Assembly (NCBI GenBank): GCA_028282585.1 | Contig: JANQHR010000086.1 | Location: 1 to 53,557 of the forward strand | Direction of reading: 5' to 3' | DNA length: 53,557 nucleotides | Origin: Bacteroidales bacterium | GTDB taxonomy: Bacteria > Bacteroidota > Bacteroidia > Bacteroidales > UBA12077 | Shown: positions 1 to 9,700 of the stretch, piece by piece | Numbering within the stretch: position 1 is the stretch's first letter | How the letters are laid out: every line of letters begins with the position of its first letter | Translations under genes and position numbers: made by a program | The notes under the pieces: generated by a model | What the model was told of the DNA's origin: nothing | Database searches by the model: none | What the model saw: only the letters and a program-made list of their open reading frames with translations

Positions 1-193
1 TTAATTAGAATAATAAAAAATTATTATTTTATTAAACTCCAAATCAAAACATTTCTGTTTTGCAAGAATCAAATGATCCAAAAAATCACAAGAAAATTAA
101 ATCTTGCAATCACTATTTTACTTTTATTTCTAAGAAGCGTCCTATTAAAAGAACAATTCCGCAGCAACAAAATAAAAGCATTTTAATAAGAAC

Positions 194-1354
194 TTAGTTT
201 TTTAACCTGTCAATTTCGTTTTTCAAAACTCTTATAGCTTCTGAATGCTCTTCATTTTCTTTTTTCAACTCAATTACATAAAGCGTAAGCTCCTCAATTT
301 TTTGGAGTAGTTTGGCGTTCATTTCGCCAATGGAAATTCCGTTTTCTTCTACTTCGGCAGTTGTAGGAATTTCAGGTAAGTGTTTGTTTACCTGGATGAA
401 TTGATCAAGATTTTTCAGGCTCATTAAGTTGTAATTGTCTTCGAATACAAAATCGGCCCAGCTATCTGACATTTCTACTACTACTTCTTCAAAAACAGCT
501 TTGCCATCAACAGCGAACTTAAATGATCTTGTATTTGCTGTTCCTATTCCAACACTTCCGTTTGTATTTATTATAATACTATTAACTGTATTTCTTATAA
601 CAATTGGTTTGTGCCCTTCACCCCAGGAGTAAGTACCGATATAATGACCTGTTAAGCCTTCTTGTGTCATATCAGGTGAAATATACATACTAGAAGCTTC
701 TGATAATGTTAGTCTACCCTTAATTTGTAATTTATCTTGGGGATCAGTTGTGCCAATACCAACATTGCCGTTTGCATTAAAGGTTATTACATTTGGATTT
801 ATATGATTATTTGTAGTTCCATAGTTTATTCTTAAACTTGAATTTCCAATTCCATTGGTTGTTTGTCGTGAAATTGACCAAACATCAGTATTGCTCGCTC
901 CGTTACCTTCAATAAAATTAATTGTTGAACCCCAAGTTCCATCCGAACTAGACGTAATATCAAGTTGGGCATCAATAGCTTCGAATATACTATAAGCATA
1001 TTGCGACTTTACACCTATATTTCCAGAACTAATATGTAGCATGGCATCCGGGTTAATTGTGCCTATGCCAACTTTGCCATTATTTTTAGGGTGCAATACG
1101 ACATTTCCTGTTCCGGAACTTAATACTAAATCTCTATTATTATAAGTGAAAATGGCGAAATCGTTACCGTCACCGTATGAAACATTTTGTATATTATACA
1201 TAAATCCTGCATAATATTCCGTTGGATTGCCAAATCGAATAAATTTATAATCAGAAGATACATTTAAAGGATTTAAGTATTGTGCATCAACCTGTTGCCC
1301 CCAAACATTCATTGTTAAAAGGGCTGTAATTGCAAGTAAAAGGATTTTTTTCAT
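194..1354 (-). CDS. Secreted tail-fibre-like protein with GxVGIGT repeats and a C-terminal chaperone-like/coiled-coil domain
   Basis: Sec signal MKKILLLAITALLTMNVWG-Q; three repeats GKVGIGTINP, GNVGIGTTDP, GSVGIGTANT; C-terminal WADFVF...HLPEIP...LLQKIEELTLYVIELKKEN typical of Bacteroidota fibre-like proteins distantly related to peptidase S74 chaperones. Confidence 0.7.
   Translation of the reverse strand: MKKILLLAITALLTMNVWGQQVDAQYLNPLNVSSDYKFIRFGNPTEYYAGFMYNIQNVSYGDGNDFAIFTYNNRDLVLSSGTGNVVLHPKNNGKVGIGTINPDAMLHISSGNIGVKSQYAYSIFEAIDAQLDITSSSDGTWGSTINFIEGNGASNTDVWSISRQTTNGIGNSSLRINYGTTNNHINPNVITFNANGNVGIGTTDPQDKLQIKGRLTLSEASSMYISPDMTQEGLTGHYIGTYSWGEGHKPIVIRNTVNSIIINTNGSVGIGTANTRSFKFAVDGKAVFEEVVVEMSDSWADFVFEDNYNLMSLKNLDQFIQVNKHLPEIPTTAEVEENGISIGEMNAKLLQKIEELTLYVIELKKENEEHSEAIRVLKNEIDRLKN
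251..329 (-). repeat. Copy 1 of a 79-nt direct repeat (fibre gene 3' region); copy 2 at 10136-10214
   Basis: Hand alignment: 70/79 identical, both encode GEMNAKLLQKIEELTLYVIELKKENE. Confidence 0.9.
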
Positions 1355-1361
1355 AGATTTT

Positions 1362-1403
1362 TAGTATTTAGATTCTAGTATCGAGATGTGAGTATCAAGA
1401 CTA
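1362..1403. repeat. Degenerate 14-nt tandem repeat (three units) just upstream of the fibre start codon
   Basis: tagtatttagattc / tagtatcgagatgt / gagtatcaagacta share AGTATnnAGA at a 14-nt period. Confidence 0.5.
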
Positions 1404-1493
1404 TTTACTTTTTAATTTTTTCTTGTGAGCTATTAAAAATTAATCCCAATACTCAACTTCTTTTTCTTTTATTTTAATCTTTTGCCATAAAGT

Positions 1494-1973
1494 TTAGTGC
1501 TTAACTATTTTCCATTCGGATTTTTCATTGCCTATTATGATTATCATAATGTAAGAGCCAGCAGGTTCTTTGGTAATGTCTAGCTCCATGCTACTGTTTA
1601 GATTCTCTATTTGTTTAACTAAACGGCCGGTTAAATCGAAAACCTGTATACTACCCTGGGTATCCCAACTGTAATTTAACATATCAATTTTTAGTTTACC
1701 TCGGGTTGGGTTTGGGTAAATTTTAAATTGCTTTTCAGCAACCAAATCATTGTATACTTCGGGCTGTGATTTAACCTCAACTTCTGTTTTTGATTCTGTT
1801 TCTGCGGTAGTTTCTTCACCAAGCTCTTCTATGGGCGATACTTGTGGGTCAGGTGGAATAAGCTTTCGAGTTATGCGATTGCCGGCTGCATCGTAGTAAT
1901 ACTCTATGTCTTGCGCCAGGCTACTTAAACTTGCCACGGCTAATACTGCTATAATTATAATTTTTAGTTTCAT
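1494..1973 (-). CDS. Small T9SS type A sorting-domain protein with an N-terminal YD-like repeat
   Basis: Signal peptide ending SLA-Q; YYYDAAGNRITR; acidic linker; CTD motifs KIYPNPTRG, VFDLTGRLV, PAGSYIM, WKIVK. Confidence 0.85.
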   Translation of the reverse strand: MKLKIIIIAVLAVASLSSLAQDIEYYYDAAGNRITRKLIPPDPQVSPIEELGEETTAETESKTEVEVKSQPEVYNDLVAEKQFKIYPNPTRGKLKIDMLNYSWDTQGSIQVFDLTGRLVKQIENLNSSMELDITKEPAGSYIMIIIIGNEKSEWKIVKH

Positions 1974-2039
1974 TTTCTTTAATCTTTTTAATTTAATTTC
2001 TTATATACTCGCACGAACTGCAATTCCTTGTGAGCGTTG

Positions 2040-2798
2040 TTATTTTGCATATTCTAATATAAGATTATTTGAAGTAATCTTCCCGTTAAATCTTTTATAT
2101 CCCAACTTTTCTAAAAATCTAGTTTCTTCTTCAAGGTTATTATTACCAGAATATCTAAAGTTTATCCGATAATTTACTTTGTACATACTTAAATAGCTTA
2201 AATCTATCAATATCTTCTTCTTTTCATATGGTTTAAGTATGATCGTTTGCTCTGGAAAGAAACAGCCTGAACATCTATTAAGGTTATTTGCTTTCATAAG
2301 GTGATATAAGTCCTCATCCACAAAACTGTATTTTATTAACGTATCTAAATGTTCTGGTATAGGAATTGAATAAATAGAATCATTCTGTTGAATTAAGTAC
2401 ATTTGATTTAACGAAGTTAATATGTTAAAAACATCAATTGTATCATTATTAACTAATTGGTATCTATCTTCTGTTACAGGTAAAGTTAAGTTTACCGTAT
2501 CATTGAATGCCCCATTATCATCAGTAAAACTTAGATATTCATAATATCTGCTTTTATAATCCTTTTCTGCGCTTCCAAAATTAGCCTTGGTTTGACTAAA
2601 ATCTTTAAAAGTTAAATTGTTCAAAACTCCAACCATATAATAGCTAAACCTTGTTTCATTAATTAAAGTAAGCTTCAATTTATATTTATTAGTTTCTGCA
2701 TCAGAATAATTTAAAATTGCTATAATATCTTGTCCTTTGCATCCGAAAATAAAAAACAAGGAAAACAGAACAGATATAAATAACCTAATTGACTTCAT
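2040..2798 (-). CDS. Putative lipoprotein, candidate immunity protein of the orphan toxin tip
   Basis: Preferred ATG at 2798 gives MKSIRLFISVLFSLFFIFG-C (lipobox-like); lies directly downstream of the orphan tip fragment. Confidence 0.55.
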   Translation of the reverse strand: MKSIRLFISVLFSLFFIFGCKGQDIIAILNYSDAETNKYKLKLTLINETRFSYYMVGVLNNLTFKDFSQTKANFGSAEKDYKSRYYEYLSFTDDNGAFNDTVNLTLPVTEDRYQLVNNDTIDVFNILTSLNQMYLIQQNDSIYSIPIPEHLDTLIKYSFVDEDLYHLMKANNLNRCSGCFFPEQTIILKPYEKKKILIDLSYLSMYKVNYRINFRYSGNNNLEEETRFLEKLGYKRFNGKITSNNLILEYAK

Positions 2799-2845
2799 AA
2801 TAATTAAAATTTTACATTGATCAACCAATCAAAATACCCAGCTTT

Positions 2846-3000
2846 TTACCAAGAAAATACTCCGAGTTTTCCATCCCATATACCATAACCATTCTGAACT
2901 CCCATATTAGCCTCCCAATTATAAGCTGCAATTTCTGTCATCAAAACGCCACCATAAGTAGCATCTACATTTCTTATTTTATTTTGAAAAACCATGAAAA
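2846..3000 (-). pseudogene. Orphan RHS C-terminal toxin fragment (zincin-like remnant)
   Basis: No convincing start; EIAAYNWE and terminal KLGVFSW* resemble EHASIYKWQ and KFGFF...PW* of the RHS tip; sits between two candidate immunity genes. Confidence 0.45.
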
Positions 3001-3074
3001 TCAACTTTTTAAATACCCGCCGGGCAACCTGCTTGTCTTCAGGCAAATTTGTTCGGTCGAGTGGAATTTTCCTA

Positions 3075-3770
3075 TCATTTAATTATTTTCAAATATCCTT
3101 TTTTATCATAATAAAAATTTGAATACACATTTATTTGATCACTCATAATTTTATCCGTTTCTTTTGAAAATTCAGAATCTGTATTTAGTATTGCTTCTTT
3201 TAAAACAAAAGAGTTATCGTTAAGATTTTCTGAATATAAATGTTTACAGCTACCTTCAAAACAAATATAATCTGAAATCTTAGTAACAGAAATTAAATAA
3301 TTCTCAGAAATATTTAATAAATATAAGGACCTGTGTATTATATATTCATCAAATTCACCATCTTTAACAATAATTAGATGACTATTAAAATTATCAGAAA
3401 TTTGAAGTGAACCGAAATAAAATATCTCTAGTTCCTTTTTCCTTAAAATAATAAATTTATCGTAATCATTTGAATATGGATTTATATCTGAATTTTTATA
3501 AATATCCCATTGGTTTATTATATCAATTTCTACCAGTAAATCGTAGGTATTACCAGAAATTTTTTTAAATCCCGAGATATTTTTAAACTCTTCAACTGAT
3601 AAATAATAAGATTTATCTATATTCAATTTTAACTTAGGAAAATCCAGTTCCTTAGAAATTTCTTTTGGTTTAAAAAAGTTCTCATATTTTAAAAATTTAT
3701 CATTCAAACACGAATCATTCATATTTATTAGAATAACTACAAAAATCGTAATAAATAATTTAACATTCAT
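3075..3770 (-). CDS. Putative exported immunity protein cognate to the RHS toxin
   Basis: Starts 15 nt after the RHS stop; very AT-rich; hydrophobic N-terminus followed by NDSC; no recognisable family. Confidence 0.55.
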   Translation of the reverse strand: MNVKLFITIFVVILINMNDSCLNDKFLKYENFFKPKEISKELDFPKLKLNIDKSYYLSVEEFKNISGFKKISGNTYDLLVEIDIINQWDIYKNSDINPYSNDYDKFIILRKKELEIFYFGSLQISDNFNSHLIIVKDGEFDEYIIHRSLYLLNISENYLISVTKISDYICFEGSCKHLYSENLNDNSFVLKEAILNTDSEFSKETDKIMSDQINVYSNFYYDKKGYLKIIK

Positions 3771-3785
3771 AATATAAGTTATTAA

Positions 3786-6700
3786 TTACCATGGCTTAAC
3801 ATTTAATAGGAAAAATCCAAACTTCGAATATTCAAATTGAGAGTTATAGTATGGCTTATACTGATTATACATCTTAGCATAATAACCTGATTTATAATTC
3901 CATAATTTGGCCTGATATGCTTGCCATTTATAAATTGATGCATGTTCGCTATTTGAATTGAAAAGGCCTGCATTTGTATAAGCAGCATGCAGATACTCAT
4001 GCCCCATTGTTAAATACAATTGTTCTTTACTAGTAAAAGATGCTTTATAAAAAAGTACCTTTACTTTACCATTTCCTAAATCAACTGAAGATGCTCTAAC
4101 CGTTAAATTATCTTTATTAAGAACTTGGTCTCCCTTTATACTATAACCTTCTGGAATTGAACCGTCAGCATATATTTCTTGCACCCCTTTCACATCTTTT
4201 CCATAATAATCATCTGAAAATTCTCGCACATATTTGTTAGAATATTCCATACCTTCACCAATCTCAATTTGATCTCCTGTAACATTTGTTGCTATTTCAT
4301 CATATACTGCACCTTTTCCTGTCCAAAAATCACCCCCATTTCTATATGCGCTAATTCCTCCAGCTAAACCACCAACGACTCCGCCGGCAAGAGCTCCCAT
4401 TCCAGCCGATTCGAGCCCGGCCATTAAACCATCTTCAAATCCGGCACCACTTACCCAGGAATTTCCTGTTCCCGAAATAAATCCTCCTGCTGCGCCACCA
4501 GCTGCGCCGGATATTGCACCCCCGGCAAAGCCACTGGCAACCCCAGAAAGAGCTCCTCCAACAGCTCCACCCGCAGCGCCGGAAGCTGCACCAATTAGTC
4601 CATATGTTACATAATCCCAACCATTATTAATATTTCCTTGCATTTCATTTATTACAATATTAACGAATGCCCCAATTATAGCAGCAACGGCAATTGCACT
4701 TTCCCCATCGGGATCGGTAAACATTAACGGATTATTTAAGGCATAACTATACCTGTTATAATTTTGTGTAAAATTAGGAAGTTGAATATTATTATCTGGA
4801 TGTAAGAATCTTCCTAATACCGGGTCATAAACCCTACCATTCATGTTAATTAAACCAAATACATCCATATGTTCATGGCCAGTGAAACCACGGTTAATAA
4901 TATACCCTAAATCCTGATGTGCTTGTAAATCATATTTATCAGAGCATCTATGCCCCCAAGGGCCATACCTATATTCTTCTTCCAAGTTGCCAAGGTTATC
5001 ACTAATTGCCCTATAAGAACCTAACCTATCCTTATGAATATAGTGCATTTTACCATTCCCTGAATTATCTATAATATATACAGCTATAATTCCATCGGGC
5101 GATGTTATATAATTAAGTTCCCGCTTATTATTTGATTGAACTTCTTTCTCGTAAAGGCCAACATAATATTTGGTTTCAATTAAACTACTGTTATGGTAGT
5201 ATTTTACCTTCTTTCTAGCCTCGCCTGGGCCATAGGTAAAATCTAACTTATGACTATTTTCTGTTATATCTGATATACTATTAAACGAATTAAAGTTCAC
5301 AGTTTGCGTATTTATACTAATAAATTCATTATTTACAACAGAAGTAACAGCATGAGCACTTGCACCTGTAGTTCCTCCGTAATGTAACTCCCCAACATCT
5401 GCCCTGTTGGTTATATTTCCATTACTTTCAAAATCGTATATTTTGTCTGAAACTTTATCTTGTTTTAGTTTAGTTAAACGATTTAGGTTGTCATATTCAA
5501 AAGTTACCGGTTTTTCCTGATTATAGGTAACTGTTTTTAAGTTTCCGTTAGAATAATGCGAATACGCTTCTTGGAAAATACTACCTGCAGATGTACTCGT
5601 AATTTGTCCATATTTGTATGTATTTACTATATTTAACCCATTTCCAAGATTATAATCTTCCATTTCCCCAAATGCATTCATACTATTCGCTTCCCAAATA
5701 TATTCACTATCATTAACATTATATATCTCTGTCAAATAACCAAAATTGTCGTACGATTTTTTAATGTGAAATCCGGATGGGTAAATCACATCTGTCATTC
5801 TATTCAGGTTATCGAATTCATATGAAAAGCTATAATCGATATTATCTCCGGAATTGTCAGGGATAGTTTCGGTTGATTTAATTAAACGGCCATATTCATT
5901 ATATGTATACTCATACTTTATTCCATTTGAATGGGATTCTTCTGAAATTAAACCAACCATTTTTGTATCGTAAACATTGGTTATAGAAGTGCCATCATTA
6001 CAATCTTTTGTTAACAACCTACCCAGTTTATCATATGACATTGTAAAGGTATTTCCTCTTGCATCAGTCTGTGTAAGTAACTCGCCAAAACCATTGTATG
6101 TATAATCCATTTGGCCTACATCAGGGTCATTCATACTTATTTTATTGCCTTGGCCGTCATATTGTATGTGCACATTGCCATCGGGATATGTTATTCTACC
6201 TACTAAACCATGCCCATTGTATTTATAGTAAATAGTACCTCCTGGATCTGAAGAAGCAGTTAGTAAATCGAATGCGTTATATGTTTTGGTATAAGTAGCA
6301 TTTATATGATTATCTGTGGTTGTAACAGTATTATTATTATAACTAACACTAAAATTCTTGTTTGGCCCTAAAACGTAATCTATCCTGCCATAAGCATCAT
6401 AGCCTGTATTGTTCCATATACAACTTTCTCCAGGTTTGTAAGGCAAAGATTCACGCCTTAATTGTCCTTCATCATTATACATATAATCAGTCCATATTTT
6501 ACTGCCACCTAAGCCTTCTATTTCAGAACGTAATAACTTACCTTTTTTGTTGTAATATTTAATAAGCTTTGGTGTACCTGATTTTGATTCTGTAGTGTAA
6601 TATAAAGTACCATTAGGCCCGGAACCGTCGTCCCATTTTAAGTCATAAACTGTTTTTAAGCCATTTGGCAATGTCTCCTGAATTTTTCTATTAAATTCAT

Positions 6701-9700
6701 CATACCTATAAGTTGTTACTAAACCATTTGGATCCACAATTTTTATGATATTTCCAAATTCATCATACGATATTTCGGTTAAGTTATTATAAACATCATA
6801 TCTTTTTTCAACAAACCTCTTTGTTTCATCATAAACATATGTATCGGTTCTACTTTCCTCACCAACCACCGATTGAGTAGCTGATGTAACATTTCCAAAA
6901 TTGTCATAAACATATTTTGTGGAAAGTTCTTTATCTGCAGAACCATAATATTTGATTTTTTCTTTTAGTAAGTCATTATCATAATAATCATAATATGTTA
7001 CCTTGGATACAAGGCTATTATCCAACATGTTTTTATGAGTTACTGTTTTGGGCAATGAATTTACTGTAGATCCATTTCTCGTTGTATAAGTTGTTATGAT
7101 TGATTTGCTATCTTTACCAGCATGAGATATGGTTTCAGTTAAATTTCCATCCGTATCAAAGGTATTATCTTTGATTATTGTATTTCCCTTAATATAATTT
7201 TGATTTTTAACCTGGCTTGCATATAAAAAATAACATTTATCATCGAAATATAAATGCTTATCATTAGTATAAGTTATTTCGGATATACTATTGCTTCCGA
7301 TTTTCTTGATTGTTTTAACAGGCAGTAAACTATAAAAATCAGGGTCAAATTCATAATAGTTCTCAACAATACTATTATTAATACTATTTGTTTGTGTTAT
7401 TTTAGAAAAACCTAAAAATCCTTTTCCCTGAACGTGAGTTCTTGCACCTTGATACGAATAATTAATACGTTCTGATGTATTATTAGCATCTTTATATCCA
7501 ATTTCAGCTAGTACCATTAATGGTGTTTGAATATCAATTAAAGGAAATGTTGCTCCACTGCCCCTGGTATGAACAGAAGGATCTGCTAAAGTTTTAAAAT
7601 TAAATGTTAAAACGTTATTATAACCGGAAACTACTTCATGCATTAACCTATTGGTGTTTTCATAATTCGTTAAGTCGGTTGTAGTAGATGCCACAGATTC
7701 ATCCGTATCATTAAAGAAAATTAGATCTTTACTACCATTTCCATCAAAATCACCAAGTATTAAATTATCTTTTTCATAATATGTAATAACATGTGAACCA
7801 TCTACATATGCTGTTTTTGAATTGAAGCCATTTCCTTTTCCATAGTGAATATCAACAGCATAATACACGTTATTTATATTCCCATTAGTTTCAACATGAA
7901 TGTAACTTTGAAGTATATCATCTTTTCCATCATTATTCATATCGATAATATAAATTCTAATACCGCTTTTTTCTTCCGGATAAACTCCATAAAGGCCAGG
8001 AGCAGTACCTTCGGCAAACACGCAATCCTTACCAGTAGAATAATATAGTTTCCATCCATCTGTGTTATCCCAATTTAATATATCTGTTTTCCCATCTCCA
8101 TTAAAGTCTCCTGAATAAAACCATTCTCTATTGATATCATTTACAACACCCCTAATTTTTGAGATATTATTACGGTGCCAATTATATTCATAAAAATTTA
8201 AAGTATTGCCTTTTATTGCAGCCATTTCATTAATTCCATTACCGTTAATGTCTGATATGTATATTTGGTCTGGTGAACCAAAATCAGGCAATGGGCTGGA
8301 AAAATAAAATCCCTTCATACCTTTATAGTTTCCATCTGTGTCAATAATTAACTGGTCATCTTGGCCATCACCATTAAAATCTCCAGAAAGCACAGGCCTC
8401 GAATCTTCGCTAGCACCTTCTGAACCCGATCTAATACTGTAATCTTTACTGCTATTTCTTACTAAACTTGTACCATTAAAGTAATAATTGCGTAATTGCA
8501 TTTCCCAATATGAGATTGTATAGCAGGTACAGTTTTCATCAAACACATCATCCGGATTATCAATAAATGGTTCAATATCAACTCCGCCACTACCTCCTCC
8601 ACCTCCATTGGGGTCACATGATTCTCCTTGGTCGTTGTAACAATACTGGTTAGATATCTTAACATAGGTTTTAAAATATACATCTGCTTTTCCATCTCTA
8701 TTCTGGTCAGTTAGAACTACTTGTTCAAACCTACCTGGAAGAGAACCTTCATCTACTTTAGAATATGTTAATTGTGAGCCTGATTTTTCTGTTATATATA
8801 ATCTCCACTTATTGTAATCCGAATTTTTATCCGGAGCAGTAATCATTAAAAAATCAGTCATGCCATCACCATCAAAATCTGCCGGGTAAGTTTGAAATTT
8901 ATACTCCGGATTAGTAAATGTTTTTGTAAATGAATTATTTGATGTAGACTTATTCCATGTAAAATACGAAGAATTTATCTTTTTCCCAGCACTTCCATAC
9001 ATTTCTACCTCAGTTAAAAAGGAATATGAATCGTATTTATATTTTAAAATGTATCTTTTATATAATTTTCCATTTTGAATAACTTCAATTTTATACAGTA
9101 GTTTATTCTGATTTAAAATAGAATTGTATACATAGTATTTTTGCTTATCTGTTCTTTCTTCATAATAAAACTTTATTTTGCAAAATGCCTCTAATCCTTT
9201 ATCTGTATTTTCTGTGTATGCAATTTCTAATGGATAGTATTCTTCATTATCACTATCGTTATAATATGTAACCGTATACGAATTACCTAAATTATCTTTT
9301 ACTTTATCAAGAAACCAGCCTTGTTTTTCATAAATCTGATTCGTTCTACTATATACATCTGTTAACATTCTTGAATTAGCTGATGTTCCGTAATAAAGTG
9401 TTTTTCCATCTTTGGTATTAACTTCAAAGTTATAATTCTCGATATAAGAACCATGCTGTGTTATTTCTGTAAATGGATTATTTTCTACATGATAAACAGT
9501 ATTATCTTGCATATACTCTCCGGTAGTATTTATAAGCCTTTGACCATCTAAAGCGAATCTATCATTACCATCAAAATCAACCTCATCTACATAGCCATCA
9601 TTATAAATATTTGTCCCCACTCTTGTAATTGCAGATAACCCGCTTAAATTCCAACCATAACCTAATAAACCATTACCTACCTGGCTGTTATACACTAATG

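Noticed and set aside
60-109. ttgcaaga...tcttgcaa inverted repeat downstream of the fibre gene
   Set aside because: Long spacer, AT-rich, near the window edge; function unsupported
194-1354. Prophage interpretation of the fibre-like gene
   Set aside because: Has a Sec signal; no capsid, terminase, integrase or tail genes nearby
2000-2045. TAAC followed by a hairpin after an immunity gene, suggesting an integron attC site
   Set aside because: No matching GTTRRRY end, no repeated sites and no integrase in the window
435-8695. Short overlapping ORFs (435-632, 1906-2172, 3803-4000, 4435-4620, 6362-6562, 7845-8048, 8462-8695)
   Set aside because: Antisense or off-frame shadows of well-supported genes; no motifs
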